Assembly: GCF_021869535.1 (NCBI RefSeq)
Contig: NW_026262690.1
Location: 91,016,001 to 91,080,000 of the forward strand
DNA length: 64,000 nt
Reading direction: 5' to 3'
Source: Mytilus californianus
Lineage: Eukaryota
Shown: piece by piece, positions 41,801 through 53,000 of the stretch
Layout of the letters: each line of letters starts with the position of its first letter
How positions within the stretch are numbered: position 1 is the first letter of the stretch
Made by a program: the position numbers and the translations under genes
Notes under the pieces: generated by a model
Told to the model about the DNA's origin: nothing
The model's input: the letters and a program-made list of their open reading frames with translations, nothing else
Database searches by the model: none

Positions 41801-42595
41801 TAAAAAGTTGATTAATTTTTTTAAAAATTACCAATAAATATTCTGGTAAAATTGAAGAAATGAGTTAGTTAGGTATAGGTTATATTATGTATTATATATA
41901 TATAGCAAGTAAGAGTTGATTGGCTTAAATTTATTATTAAATTTTTGAAACATTTATGGTGACGATGGAGTATAGCTATTTCCATTGATAATTACATTCG
42001 GTCATTGATCTGAGAAGTTAGTGTTGTCCATTTCAAATACTCGCAGTCTGCATCTGGGTTGTAACTAGATGAAATCTTATTTATTGTTTTCAATTTTATT
42101 TTTCTGACAATCTGTTTTAGAAATATTTAGAAACAAAGAAATCCTTTTATAAAATAATATTTTAACTTTGCAGACCACAGTACAAATCCATCACAAAATA
42201 ATGAATTTCCAGAAAATGAATTACCAATGGATGGACTTTTACCACCCCCACCATTACCGCCACGGAGGAAAAATCGTGATAGTGAAGACGGTTCACCAAG
42301 AATTGACAATGCTCCAGAAATCCCTCCTAGGGGTCTGCCGCCTCCCGTTCCTCCTCGCAAAGACTCAATGTTTGGCTCACTTACACGCTGTCAAAGTGTA
42401 TCACAACAGCCAACGAGGCATTTATCTGGTCATTTTCAGAACTTAAATGCAACATTACCACGGTGTAGTGCCATGGAAAGGGAATCACGACCATCAATAC
42501 CAATAAACTTTAACGGTGAAGAAGATATTTCATTGACAACTACTCCTAAACTGCCGCCAAAGACTTATAAACACATTAGACAACAGAGTAGCTAG
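6595..42595 (+). CDS. SOS: Son of sevenless Ras/Rac GEF (histone fold-DH-PH-REM-CDC25-proline-rich tail); whole gene, 24 coding exons, 3747 nt, about 1248 aa
   Basis: All 23 introns are GT-AG with consistent phases, and the joined frame is open to TAG at 42593-42595. Diagnostic motifs: [92 protein letters not shown], and C-terminal [22 protein letters not shown]. An extra small exon in 40421-42173 cannot be excluded. Confidence 0.97.
7795..8115 (+). repeat. Interspersed repeat, same family as 230-615
   Basis: Directly alignable by eye with 275-615. Confidence 0.7.
8527..9730 (+). mobile_element. Nested HINE-like elements
   Basis: Unit acaggta.aattcttg.cagatttttat at 8596, 9525 and 9691. A truncated tttttatacgaccgca family copy is inserted at the T-run at 8690. 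Confidence 0.6.
10742..11740 (+). mobile_element. HINE (tacgac-gca family)
   Basis: 5' subTIR TACGACAGCA, gtc microsatellite, tandem units, 3' subTIR TGCTGTCGTA, hairpin, T-rich end; colinear with 25651-26596 and 57501-59317. Confidence 0.78.
12030..12290 (+). CDS. SOS: SOS exon 2 (histone fold)
   Basis: tttcag acceptor; [20 protein letters not shown]...PIDKWAI...KIHQLLVR; GT donor. Confidence 0.95.
13625..13708 (+). CDS. SOS: SOS exon 3 (histone fold)
   Basis: [28 protein letters not shown]; AG/GT. Confidence 0.95.
14822..15418 (+). mobile_element. HINE (atgcccc family) with internal tandem array
   Basis: tttttATGCCCC ... GGGGCAT subTIRs, gtac microsatellite, about 3 tandem units, terminal tgtg..ccatgg.acaca hairpin. 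Confidence 0.75.
17219..17299 (+). CDS. SOS: SOS exon 4
   Basis: [27 protein letters not shown]; AG/GT. Confidence 0.93.
17541..17729. mobile_element. PIF/Harbinger (Tourist-like) MITE
   Basis: About 40-bp TIRs GGGCTATTCCATTAAAA.GTATGT.GGAGGGTAGGAAGGG, flanked by TAA on both sides. Confidence 0.8.
17952..18145. mobile_element. TA-target MITE (CTGTAAACCAACT termini)
   Basis: TA-CTGTAAACCAACT ... AGTTGGTTTAAAG-TA. Confidence 0.65.
18253..18447 (+). CDS. SOS: SOS exon 5 (start of DH)
   Basis: VLMDMFSQ...[31 protein letters not shown]...SK; AG/GT. Confidence 0.95.
18845..18985 (+). CDS. SOS: SOS exon 6 (DH)
   Basis: [47 protein letters not shown]; AG/GT. Confidence 0.94.
19704..19814 (+). CDS. 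SOS: SOS exon 7 (DH)
   Basis: [37 protein letters not shown]; donor GTAAGT. Confidence 0.92.
19797..20282 (+). repeat. Minisatellite (about 43-bp unit, 7 copies) derived from the SOS exon 7 3' end and donor site
   Basis: ctcagtaaaaca core at 19797, 19840, 20093, 20126, 20169, 20209, 20253 (last copy ca for ct). Confidence 0.9.
19861..20068. mobile_element. TA-target MITE (CTGTGGATTCATT family)
   Basis: TA-CTGTGGATTCATT ... AATGAATTCACAG-TA; removing 208+2 bp restores the 43-bp period of the host minisatellite. Confidence 0.88.
20519..20701 (+). repeat. Tandem duplication, 91-bp unit x2
   Basis: ttttaatagctctcaaaagatttgatcac...gaaggtatatt at 20521 and 20612, nearly identical. Confidence 0.9.
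20795..21300 (-). repeat. Longer copy of the abundant interspersed family (fragments also at about 47740-47980 and 53500-53600)
   Basis: gaagatgtggtatg.ttgccaatgagacaac...ctataggtcactgtatggcc...aattacagg.tcctgacttg.gacagg; reverse-complement similarity to 9935-10100 and 350-370. Confidence 0.65.
21746..21844 (+). CDS. SOS: SOS exon 8 (DH)
   Basis: [33 protein letters not shown]; AG/GT. Confidence 0.95.
22180..22307 (+). CDS. SOS: SOS exon 9 (DH end)
   Basis: [42 protein letters not shown]+TG; phase 2. Confidence 0.92.
23453..23583 (+). CDS. SOS: SOS exon 10 (DH-PH junction)
   Basis: ETSLRLHG...[26 protein letters not shown]; phases 2/1. Confidence 0.95.
23918..24741 (+). mobile_element. 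HINE with 192-bp internal tandem array
   Basis: T-run start, gtcg microsatellite, units at 24010/24202/24394 plus a degenerate one, 3' hairpin GGGTTC-tgcg-GAACCC then T-run. Confidence 0.8.
24917..25108 (+). CDS. SOS: SOS exon 11 (PH)
   Basis: GVLNKF...[15 protein letters not shown]...[22 protein letters not shown]; phases 1/1. Confidence 0.95.
25651..26596 (+). mobile_element. HINE (tacgac-gca family)
   Basis: 5' TACGACTGCA, 3' TGCGGTCGTA, hairpin, T-rich end; colinear with 10742-11740. Confidence 0.78.
26864..26987 (+). CDS. SOS: SOS exon 12 (PH)
   Basis: CKHGFEL...[20 protein letters not shown]; phases 1/2. Confidence 0.95.
27085..27291. mobile_element. TA-target MITE (CTGTAAATTCAGAAAT family)
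   Basis: TA-CTGTAAATTCAGAAAT ... ATTTCTGAATTTACAG-TA. Confidence 0.82.
28022..28105 (+). CDS. SOS: SOS exon 13 (helical linker)
   Basis: [28 protein letters not shown]; phases 2/2. Confidence 0.93.
28737..28955 (+). CDS. SOS: SOS exon 14 (REM)
   Basis: [11 protein letters not shown]...[35 protein letters not shown]...LLVE. Confidence 0.96.
29341..29466 (+). CDS. SOS: SOS exon 15 (REM)
   Basis: FNIPE...[14 protein letters not shown]; phases 2/2. Confidence 0.95.
30131..30287 (+). CDS. SOS: SOS exon 16 (REM)
   Basis: [19 protein letters not shown]...[19 protein letters not shown]; donor GTAAGT. Confidence 0.96.
31044..31145 (+). CDS. SOS: SOS exon 17
   Basis: [34 protein letters not shown]; AG/GT. 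Confidence 0.92.
31478..31672 (-). mobile_element. tRNA-derived SINE, same family as 38487-38670
   Basis: Reverse complement contains gggtcaaatcaaagactttaaaattggtgttggctgcttctccgct and ataatgtgtc. Confidence 0.6.
31685..32098 (+). mobile_element. HINE (atgcccc family)
   Basis: Colinear with 14822-15418. Confidence 0.72.
32207..32374. mobile_element. Degenerate CTGTAAATTCAG-family MITE
   Basis: TA-CTGAAAATTCAGAAAT ... TGAATTTACAG-TA. Confidence 0.65.
32484..32639 (+). CDS. SOS: SOS exon 18 (CDC25)
   Basis: [28 protein letters not shown]...[12 protein letters not shown]. Confidence 0.96.
32849..33238. mobile_element. TIR MITE, possibly Kolobok-type
   Basis: GGATGTTCGCT ... AGCGAACATCC; right flank TTAA, left flank ACAA (imperfect TSD). 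Confidence 0.55.
33400..33522 (-). mobile_element. Degenerate head of the 41318 SINE family
   Basis: tcacaacatcagtgttgacaggctag...ctcggcca is the reverse complement of 41324-41385. Confidence 0.55.
33727..33909 (+). CDS. SOS: SOS exon 19 (CDC25)
   Basis: [22 protein letters not shown]...[28 protein letters not shown]. Confidence 0.96.
35113..35265 (-). mobile_element. 5' fragment of the tacgac-gca HINE family
   Basis: Reverse complement of tttttatatgaccgca...gacatttggtttccggacaataactttagt. Confidence 0.7.
37016..37133 (+). CDS. SOS: SOS exon 20 (CDC25)
   Basis: [39 protein letters not shown]+G. Confidence 0.96.
37489..37750. mobile_element. PIF/Harbinger-type MITE
   Basis: TTA-GGCC ... 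GGCC-TTA; ends 45 nt before the SOS exon 21 start. Confidence 0.6.
37796..37968 (+). CDS. SOS: SOS exon 21 (CDC25 helical hairpin)
   Basis: [13 protein letters not shown]...[34 protein letters not shown]. Confidence 0.96.
38487..38670 (+). mobile_element. tRNA-derived SINE (possible Meta-type central domain)
   Basis: Remnant A box TAGTGG, B box GGTTGGAACCC, central aattggcatttgctgcttctctgttaagca; further copies at 39785-39990 and 31478-31672. Confidence 0.6.
39282..39398 (+). CDS. SOS: SOS exon 22
   Basis: [39 protein letters not shown]. Confidence 0.94.
39785..39990 (+). mobile_element. Degenerate copy of the 38487 SINE
   Basis: ggctgggtcaaa...aattagtatttgctgctt...gctaagca...gcattaaagagtaagag...ataatgtgtc. 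Confidence 0.55.
40180..40420 (+). CDS. SOS: SOS exon 23
   Basis: [15 protein letters not shown]...[12 protein letters not shown]...GQGI+G; donor GTAATG, phase 1. Confidence 0.88.
40502..40673 (+). mobile_element. 5'-truncated copy of the 41318 SINE
   Basis: Shares ggcactcc.gcttcctc..ccaat.aaaact...tgaaagtg..gt.aaacaccaatcaatc and the (TCAA)n tail. Confidence 0.7.
40771..40978. mobile_element. TA-target MITE (CTGTGGATTCATT family)
   Basis: TA-CTGTGGATTCATT ... AATGAATCCACAG-TA; 208 bp, like 19861-20068. Partial copies near 28117, 34673 and 50508-50731. Confidence 0.88.
41030..41119 (+). repeat. Minisatellite, 23-bp unit x4
   Basis: ggcatatgttatgttgttgctca at 41030, 41053, 41076, 41099. Confidence 0.9.
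41318..41573 (+). mobile_element. Near full-length tRNA-derived SINE (V-domain-like core)
   Basis: A box TGGACGAGTGG at 41324-41334, B box GTTCGAATCC at 41386-41395, core ctctgggcactcctgcttcctccacc, (TCAA)n tail. Confidence 0.75.
42174..42595 (+). CDS. SOS: SOS terminal coding exon (Grb2 SH3-binding proline-rich tail)
   Basis: ctttgcag acceptor, phase 1; [28 protein letters not shown]; TAG stop. Confidence 0.9.
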
Positions 42596-45500
42596 AATAT
42601 GTTGTTGTTCATTTCAAAATCTTCAGAGAGTCTGGAATGGAGTTTCTATCATGAATAAAGTGATTGGATAATAATTTACCAAAGAATGGTGTCTGTTGAT
42701 ATGGGATATTCTCTGGCAGAATATAAAAAACAGCTGTGCTGCTAATTTCTTTGCTTAAATAAGACGTGTCATCGTATGATACAAATCATTGTGATGTATT
42801 CCAGTGTTTTGACCCAAATACATTTAGCTAGTGCTACCTGAGCTAGTAAATTTGATAATCAGACGTTGCTTATTATAGCAACAAAGAAATGCAATATACA
42901 CTTGTGTGCGTGTGTGAGTGATGTTGACAATGATGAAAGACATTTCAGGGATGGGAATATAGAAATATGTTATACACAGGTGAAACTTTTTATGGCAAAA
43001 CATTTGTAGATAAAAATGAGTGATGGAAAGGAAGGGTTGTACTATGTCACTTTGCACTGTTAGACAATGGTATCTTTTCTCCAGTACCTCTATGTACTGT
43101 TACATTACTATTCCAGAAGGCAAACATTTACAGCAGAAACCAGGCATGTGTGAACTGAATTCTTGCAACTTGCCAGTTTTCATTTGTAGTATTATCAATG
43201 GCTATTTGATAAATTGTTAGGCATTAAGATTAATATTGTATGATGAAGGACATGATTCATGTGGCTTTGCCTTAGATTTATATTATCTGCCATAGCAGTT
43301 TTGGATTCCAGCAAATTTAAATATCTCTTGATGAAATTGATAAATTGCCCACTTGCCATTCTTGCAGAAAATTTTAATTAACACATGAATGCTTTCTGGT
43401 TAGAAATGAAAATACAAGTTAACAAATTTTATTTCAAATGGTCTTGCTTATTTAGATTTATATCAAGCTTTTTGAAAGAATGTTTAGTTTTATAAAGAGC
43501 AGTCTCAAAAAGGTAGTTGTTAAACCAAAGTTACTCAAGTGAAACTTAGGTAAAATCTAAGGTAGTAATATGGATCAAGCATTCAACTGATCAGTATTGC
43601 CTTCAATATCCAACAATTGCTTAAATAGGTTTATATCAAATTAAACTGAAGAGTTGCAGGAAATTGGTTTAACGCTTGAATGGTTTTTGCTGTAAATCTG
43701 CATTTTGTTATGATTATAAAAGGATCTCAACCTGAATAAATATGAAATATTTGACAGTGCATGTTATGATATGCAATGGATCGATTGATCAGACTTTTCC
43801 AATGTATTTAATGAATTGCATAACATGAGATTAATTCTTCTTAAATCTTGCCTTTAAAATTTTCCTGGTAAAAAGAATGCCTTCTGAAATAATCTATAGT
43901 ATTGTTATGTTCATTGTTGTCATTTTTGTGTTAGAATGTACAAGAGGTCCAACAATGTAGAAATTTGTATTAATTGGAGAAAAGATATCATTGTTATATT
44001 ACTCTGGAAATATGGCATTATGGGTATTTGTTTTACTTTTAAAATCTGGTAAAAGAATGTTTTTATGAAGTTGTCACAATGTCTTCCATTTCGTTCATCA
44101 GTTAACATTTCTGTTAACAAAATACCAGCTAACAGATAGAGATAAAATATGATCTTTATCTATTTAACATCATTTCATTTGATCATTTTTTCAGTTTCAG
44201 TCATATTAAAGATTTTCATTTCCTGTTTTTGATTCCGTAAAGTAAGGAATTTAAAGATTGTTTGTAAATATGTTAAAGCTTTATTGTACAATGCCATATT
44301 TCCATTGTGTTGAACCAGCTTGTCCACGTCAAGAAATGGCCAAAGATTATTGCCAAAGATTTTTATTCTGTAGCAGAAAAATGTGATATTATGATTTTAA
44401 AGTGCTTTTAACTCTTTGTTGTTTATTTTATTGATAAGAATCTGTCTGGCATAGATATTGTTTACTGCTAAACTGCTGGCGATGTCACTGTTTGCATATT
44501 TTTTTTTAGTACTATTAAGTTTTGCTTTCAGTTTATATTTGAAATATTGCAACAAGATTGAAAACTCCTTTGCTACCAATGACCTTAACCTTCACATATT
44601 TTTGGATTTTGCTGATTCAATATTTAAGATTCTGAATGCAAAGAATTATTTTTACAAGCATAAAGATTTTTCATGACTAATGAAAGCATCTGTCAGAGAG
44701 AATGGTCACTGTGACCTATATTTCATGTGCCCTAATTTCAAAAACAATGAATCTGTGCTATAGGTTAATTCACTGAATGAATTTGGTTCACTAGAAAAGG
44801 CATTGCATTATTTAGTGTCATCTTATCTGGATGGATATATAGGTCAACACTGAAGGAAAATTTGGTCAGCATTTCTTAATTTCAGGCTCTTAAAGACTTC
44901 AGGGAAATATCTCTTCCTATAAAAGGTGAAATACACATTCATATCTTTCTATAAAATAGTTTATATACTTCAAAAAAGGTTCCAGTTGGAAAAAAATTAT
45001 CCAATTAAGTCCAATACAAAAAAACAAGATAGGACAACAAAAACACATTTTTCATCTAAACAGTGAGAATACATTTGGATTAAAAGAAACGATTGAAATT
45101 CATTCTTCAATAGTCAATTGACCCTGTAATTAATTGAAGATCCTTTTTTTCAGTTGTCTCCCTAGGATGGACAGAAATTTTCATTGACAATGTAGATCTA
45201 GCGGAAAGAGCAAATTTGTATGTGTGTAATCTTTTTCAAATCTTTTAATTACATTTAATTTTATTTTGAGCTAAAAAAAATTGATACCCGTAGATATTTT
45301 TAGCTGCAAATTAGTTGAAAAGCTGATATATAACTTTCAACTTATCATACTTGGAATGGGCAGAAGCCTGTTTTGTCCAGTATAGAACCTGTCTACGATT
45401 GAAAAAGGGAAGCAATTTGTGTTATAAGTGTGTAATAACAGATTCAAATTGGTAACTGGCAAATGGACTATTGGAATACCTTGAAGTCAAATATATTTAA

Positions 45501-48500
45501 ATACAAATTGAAAAATGTTATCAGATAAACTAATTTACTGCAATCTGTATTTACTGGTCAACATTGTCTTCCAATATAAAATTTTCACACATTACTACAA
45601 AGAAACCAATTAAGTTACCATGAGAACTGCACATAATATATATTTAAACCATAATCTTTATGATTAATGAATAACTAATTCAAAGTCATTGGTAGCATCA
45701 ACTCGTTTTGAATATGCACAAAATATTTGCCACTTAACATTCTGCAAACTACAATCAATCAATATTAACAACCCCGGTTACAGGATTTTTCTAACAGTTC
45801 TTTATAAAACACAGAGAAGTCTATGTCAAAATTTAGCTTTACAAAATATTTAGTCTTTAATAAAGTTTTATATTGAACACAAATTTTTGAAGCCAAAAAT
45901 TATTATTTTGTATCAAGAAAAGAATTTGATTTTTTTTTATAGTTTCTTCAGACCTGTAGACAGGAAGTACAGTTATTGTTTTGATATTTTGTATGTTTAT
46001 TTAATTGTAATTTTCATATTTCCTTTTACATTTTTGTAGGAGTTTATTTTATACAATGGAATTTTGTCATAATGAAAACTGGTCAGTTGTTTGATGTGGA
46101 CTCCTAGTACAGCTGGTTTTGAAATATATTTGTTTTAGTGACAAGTCATCTTATAGAAATATGTACCAGACTGCATCTTAATCGTTTAAACAAAATCCCC
46201 AAGGATTCATTTTTTTCTTGAAACGTACTTTGAAATGTACAATACTTTGCAGTTTTATTCAAACAGAGCAGTTCATTAATAATAACAAAACACATGTTCA
46301 TTATCCTCGATTTTTCAAAACCATTTATTCCTTCTAATAAAAAGAGGCCATTTCAAATACACTTGTCCCAATCTTCTTATGAACTGGACTACTCATCTTA
46401 TACACTGGTGAAATATCGTATAGACCTTCTGTAACTTATACTGATAACAAACCTCATAAAAAAAAACTGTAATAGTAAACCATGATTTTCCTTCCAAAAC
46501 TACCCATATTCCAACCTATCCATTATAAGAAGAACCTATACATAAGTCATATTACAAGTGGGGCGAGTTAGCAGTTGAAAATCTTTATTCCGAAGACGTT
46601 AACAGAATTCGTGACAACTGGTGTTTTCTTAAATTCTTATGAACTTATTATATTCCAGCTAGCATAATATATTTTATGACCAAAGAATTTTCATCACTGT
46701 TCATCTTTAGCCTTTCTATACTATCAGATCAATTATAGCAGGAGTAAAAATGTATATATACATTGAAGATGATATTATACAAAACACCATTCACTTTGTT
46801 CATTTTAGATAAAAAAAATAACATTGCCAATCTTTTCACCCTTGCAATGTTTTTCTGACATTTGAACCATTTTGTCCATAATTTCTGAAATTCACAATTT
46901 ATTTAAATTTGAATCATCCTTTAATTACTTCTAAAATTCACATGACTAATATAACCATCGTTAAATGGGTTCCCGTCTTCCATTTAAGGAATAAATGTTT
47001 TAAGACACAGTCTGGTACATGATTTTGTGTGATACATTTATCCAGTGCAATGCCACAGTAATGTCAGCAGTGGTTTTTTTATGTTTTGAAGACTGCCTTA
47101 TGTGATTGTTTCATATCAATAAAAGTTCTTCACAACATCAATAAGACGTTATGCTATTATTTTGTCTGTGGTCTAGCTGTCACAAAAAATTCGCTCAGCT
47201 TGTTGGTCTTGTACAAAGTAGGTTTTATAGGTATATCCCAAAGATGGTCTAGTTTAGAGTGTGTTCAGAATACAAACGGACTGAACACTTTTTCAAGTTG
47301 GAGTTCTTGTACAAATAATTTTCATTCATGCACATAGTTATGCAGGATACAAAGTTTCAATTGGATGAAAAACTTCACAACCAAAGTCAATCTTTATTTC
47401 TTATGAGCCAATCTCTTCTTAAACTACACTAGTTTTAGACTCAAGGGGATTTATGATTGATGATTGGAAGTCCCTCAACAATCATCATTTAATGTTGATC
47501 AGATAGCAAATATGGTGGCATAAGTGGCAAGTAGGTCCTGTTGAGACCCTATGGCCAGATTTAACCTTAATTGACAGGATTGATATATGGAATGTTCTGA
47601 TGAAAAACATTGCCAGCAGAGCAAACAATTGATTATGATTGGCCAATTTTAAAATATGCAACTACAAGGCTAAAGGTTTCATTCAATATTTTTACACCAC
47701 ACACACTTCTGTATATATGCCTATATGAAAATAAGGATATGTGGCATAATTGCCCAAGAAATAATTATCCACCCAAGTTTAAATGACATGGATGTAAGCA
47801 TATATAGGTCACTGTATGGCCATCAAAAATGAGGAAAACCCACACTGTATACTAAGGTAAATAAGGCCCTGACATGGAAAATATGAAGCAATATAAAGAA
47901 GAAAACTAACAGCTTGATCTATGACAAAACAATTAAAAAACAAATATGACATACAACTGAATCACAGGCTCCTACCTAGCAACAAGAGGAAATGAAAATT
48001 CTCTCTGTGACGTCCTGCAAATCTTAGAGGTGAGGCAGCAGAAAGGTGTCTACAATAAGTCAAGCTTTCAATTGGTCAAAGTCTAAAAACATGAAAAATT
48101 AAAAAGAGATCTGTCTAAATGACAACGAATATTGAGATATGACAAAAGACAACTACTGTTGAAGCCTATGTTTATTGAAATATTTATTGTATATATATAT
48201 ATACTGAGACATAATAACAAACTACATGTATAAAAATAATAAATAAAAATACAACCTATAAATTACATAACAAATATTTGGTATATAAAAAACATTATCT
48301 ATGTAAATGCACACCTAATATTTGATTAAAAAATACTGAATGATTTGTTCATTGAGATGAAGGTAACAAGTAACCCCTCCCTCACCACTTTCCTCTAACA
48401 ATTTACATAAAAGGTGCATCTTCCTTGTTATTTCAATATTTGCAAACAGAATACTACTGGTCAAAGAGTAGTTCTTGCTGGGTAGCAATTCTTGCCACCA

Positions 48501-49235
48501 TACTTTTTTTTTAAATTTGATGGTCAAGTTTATCGGTATATTCATCATCCAGAAATTTAACTTTAATTAAACTTTGATTCATTTGTCATGTTATCAACGA
48601 TAATCTTTCTTATTGATAAAAATTTTATTCTTTTTGTTTAAAATATTGTTACACATTGTAGTAATCTTGTGATGAAGAGCCTGTGCAGTCATGGTGTTGC
48701 ATTTTATTTAGATATAAATCTTAACTTTAAAACATCAAACATTGTTGTCAGCCCATCAAATGATGGGAATCCTTATCAAACATCAATGTAAGGTAATTAT
48801 TATTATATAATAAAATACATTATGTATTGGCTTAGTGGCTTATTCTCAAGAAGAAATGAAGCTCTATCCAAGGGTTACAATTTATTGTACTCCTCTTGAA
48901 GCCATGATGCAAGAACTATTGCTCTTATTATTGCAAAAACTAGCAGATATTCATAAGTCCAAGGTGGTCTTATATTTATAGAAATAAGCATGTGTCCTAG
49001 TTTGGTAATTGATACCTGTCCTTAATTATGGTAAAAAATTTCATGTCATTTCAGTTAATTTATAAAAATACACATTAATCAAATCCAGATCTATAAAAAT
49101 TCAATCAGCTGATAATAATTTATTATTTCCAGGTAAAAATAAAAAAAATCTTAATTTTTACTAAGGTCCTGCTGTTGACACTTGACTAGGAATACATTAA
49201 CAAGGCCATCAAATATATTAATATAAGCATACATA

Positions 49236-49467
49236 TAAATGGAGAATGTGTCCCATGGGACACAGATGATGCCCCTGCTTGCATACAACATGATAAACTT
49301 GATCTGTGTTTTGTGGTACAAATGTAATAAGCATTAAGTTATAGTGTATAAGTTTCATAACATTTGGTTGAGGCAAACTAAAGTTGGAGAACAGAAACCA
49401 ATTTTGGGACATACGGACGGGAAAGGGTAACATGTAATGCCCCTCTTCAGCGGCAGGGGCATAAAAA
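49236..49467 (-). mobile_element. Short HINE (atgcccc family)
   Basis: Reverse complement of the 14822 family, with a perfect TGTGTCCCATGGGACACA hairpin. Confidence 0.75.
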
Positions 49468-50047
49468 TTAGGCTTAGGGGAGTTTTGGAAACAGGAATAC
49501 ATTTTTTATCCTTGATCATGTTGATAAAATATACAGTATCTTCAATATTAAATTTTCTTCAAAATATATGTACAATGTAAAAAAAAATCTAACAACTTGA
49601 AATAAATAAAATGAAGCTACATTCTGAACAGGTATTGCCTAAATGCTACATAAACATGCTAAATATGAACTATGATTTGGCTGAACACACACAAGTGGTA
49701 AGATATTACCTCTTAATCTTTGGTAAATTATCATTTTATTTCTCATTTTTCATTTGAATAAGTCAAATTGCCAATGAAACTTGGTGAAATTTACATATAC
49801 ATGTACATGTACTGTTGCATTTTCATATAAATTTCACTAACCATCAATTTTCTTAATTTTATCTTTATGGAAATTATAATACATCAGGACAGTTCAAAAA
49901 AGTGTAAGGTGTAATAATTTCTTCTCTGAAACATGAAAGAGTAACAAACATGAAAAGTTTGACATATTGCAAATATTACAATAATATAGACAATTTTCAA
50001 TAAAAGATAACATTTCTGATCTTTCTGCTTTGTTTTTCTCTGTCTCT

Positions 50048-50098
50048 CTACCACTCGTCAAGAAAATCAAACCCAGTTTTTTGAAGATTAAGTGAACT
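50048..50098 (-). CDS. C1orf198: C1orf198-like exon 4 (terminal)
   Basis: aatttcag acceptor; SSLNLQKTGFDFLDEW*. Confidence 0.88.
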   Translation of the reverse strand, partial: SSLNLQKTGFDFLDEW

Positions 50099-53000
50099 CT
50101 GAAATTAAAAAAAAAAATCATTTGAATTATGATGTATCATGTTAGTCAAATAAAAAATCCATATTCTTTATCTTTCTTTTTGTATCATAGATATCAAAGA
50201 AATTTTTTGAGTGCTGATTATGTCTTAAGATTTTTGTGAAAAAGGAAAACAACAAACTATATACATATACATCTCTACATTGTACTCCACTAAATATAGC
50301 TGTCTGGACAAGGACAAATCTTCTATTTTACTTATGAATTTATTCATATAGGATGCATATTTATGACTTATTTTTTTGCCTTATCAATAAATTAGTAAAT
50401 AAAAATTTTGAATTGTTGGTGTCTGGTTTTGTAAAAGTAGAAATCAGGTCAAAATATCAGCTTTTAGGAGGACCTAATTATATACATGTATACTTATGCT
50501 TAAATACTGAGGTTTCATTACTCATGTCACTATTCATGAGGTACCAGTTTTTGTGAACTTCATGGTTAAAAGTAGACCATACATTTAAATGTTGAACAAA
50601 GTGTACATTTGTGTAAAGGTTTGTATTCAGCAAAATTTTGAAAAACAAAGAAACCAAATATCCATGAAAAACACAATTTTTCCTCAATCCACGAAAATTG
50701 GTACCTACAAACAAAAATAAATGAATCCACACTTATACATTCCAGAAATATACAAGTAAAAAGTGTATAGCATAGTTTTATACATGTACATGTATGTAGC
50801 TATATAAGTTGTAACTGCATTGAATCAAACTGAAAGAAGGAAAAGCTTTACCTAAACTCTTACAAGTTTTAAACTAATTGAGAATCTCATAGATGAATAA
50901 ATAAATCATGCTTGTAACATAGAAGGAAAGTAAAATGTATTTATTAATTAGGAAATAAAGATGTAGAAATCCATGAAAATACTTAGGTTTAAGTAAAACA
51001 TATATTTACAAAAAGTCACCTAAAAGTCCACCTAGATTATTGACAAAAACAGAAGATATAATTAATTCAAACAGATATACATTGTAGATCTACAACATGG
51101 GGTGCTTTCCTTGATGGTGTGTACCCAAAATCTGGTATCTTTAATCGTTAAAACATGTTTGATAAGGGATCAGTAACAATTTCAGTGATTTGAATCAGAT
51201 TGGTAATAGAAAACTAATAGAGAAAATTGAAATCAATAAGTCTAGAGACTATCATTTATAGTATAAAATAGCTAATCAAAGAATTCAAATCAAAAAAATA
51301 TATTCAACTCAAAACCTAACTATAGTTATACTCTCACTTGTTTGGTCATATAAAGTTGAATAATAGTTTAGATTTGAATTCTTGGATTAGTTATTATTTT
51401 TATTACATTGACATTTTAAGCAAATAAAGTACAAAATGCAATAAACCTATCTTTTTCTAGACATTCACTTCATTTTGATACAAAATTATTGTCAACATCT
51501 TGCAAACACTATTGATGTATGAGGTCAGAGGAGCGAAAATACAGGATTTTTTTCATAGGTGAATTTATGGGGTTTTATGGTCCTACATGTATTTATCAAA
51601 TTCAAAGTTAAAATACAAAATAATCTTACCATGGAACCATGTGAATCATTTAGTGAGTATGACCCTTTGTTCATATCTACTGCTATCAATTCAGTATCTT
51701 CATAATCCACGTTAGAAACTAGATGAGATTTGTCATTTGTTCTACCATCCAATCTGTCGTCATGATCAATACTTTGTGCTGGCGGTTCGTACAACTGAGA
51801 TTTACCAGAACTATAACTTTCCTGGCTGTCCCCTTTCAATAATGGTTTTCTGGAAGGTGACCCATCTGTATTAAAACCTTTCAATAAAGGACGATGTGAT
51901 GGCGAAGTTGTTGCACTACTTAAGCTATCCTCATCCTCAACTACATGTGAAATCATTGGGTTTTCAAACACAGACATTTCAATATCATGTTTTCTTTTTG
52001 AAACAGATCCGTTTGATGCTATCCCTTGCTCAGCAGGTTTCTTATCTGAATAGAAACTTGGATCAGTTTTACTATTTCTACCTTTTTGTTCATCGGTATC
52101 GATAAAGCTGTCTCTATTAAATGCATAATTGATTTCTTCTGGAGAATTATCGTTTTTTATAATTACGTTTTTCTGAGGTAGGAGATTTACAGTATCAGCC
52201 TTTTCATTGTGTGCTTTGGTTAAGTCAACATTTTTTAAGTTTTGAAATTCCGAATACCAGAAGCTTTTTCCTGGTTCCATTACTTTAAATTCTGTTGGTG
52301 CTTCTCGTGATGCTTCTTCTGACAAATCTTTGGAACTTCTTCTTCTTGTTTTGGACTGTTTTGTCATCTGCTCTGGTTCCAAGTCTAATAAGGTAAGATC
52401 CTGTTGACTCTAAACGATAAAAGATTAAAGAACTAGTTATTATAATTTTAAAGGAACATATCAGATGAGCAGGAAGAACTTTATCAATTTCTTTTGAAAA
52501 CTCATGTACATTTTTATCTAAGGCAAAAAAAAAATACTTCTGTTTCCTGCCTTGCTGCCTACTCTAAATTTCCACAACTAAAGCAACTTACATTAATTTT
52601 GAAATTTTTCCCAGTATTCCCTTAAATGCATTGAGTTTAAAGGTCAAAACATTCGAGACAAAATTAAATTGAAATATATTATGAATGGTATCTGAAGGAA
52701 TAATGTCTTGTGAACATTTGGTGGATGAAAGTTTTAAAACACTTCTTGATCATGTTTTTTTTTTCAAAATATAAACATGATAAAGTGGAAAATGGCCTTA
52801 TCATGTACCTACTTTTATTCTTAAATTTCAAAACACCTTATCGCTATTTGTCTGCCATTACTGGACATCACAAAGGTTCCCGTAAAAGTTTGTCATCATA
52901 ATAGCAAATGTCTGACACCACAAAGGAAAAGCGATTGTTGAATGACATCAATAGTTCAATTGTTGCAGATTCCCAAATAGCATTAGGTCTATTATACTCA

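Noticed and set aside
42127-42446. Overlapping antisense and alternate-frame ORFs over the SOS last exon
   Set aside because: Expected by-product of C-rich proline codons; no independent evidence.
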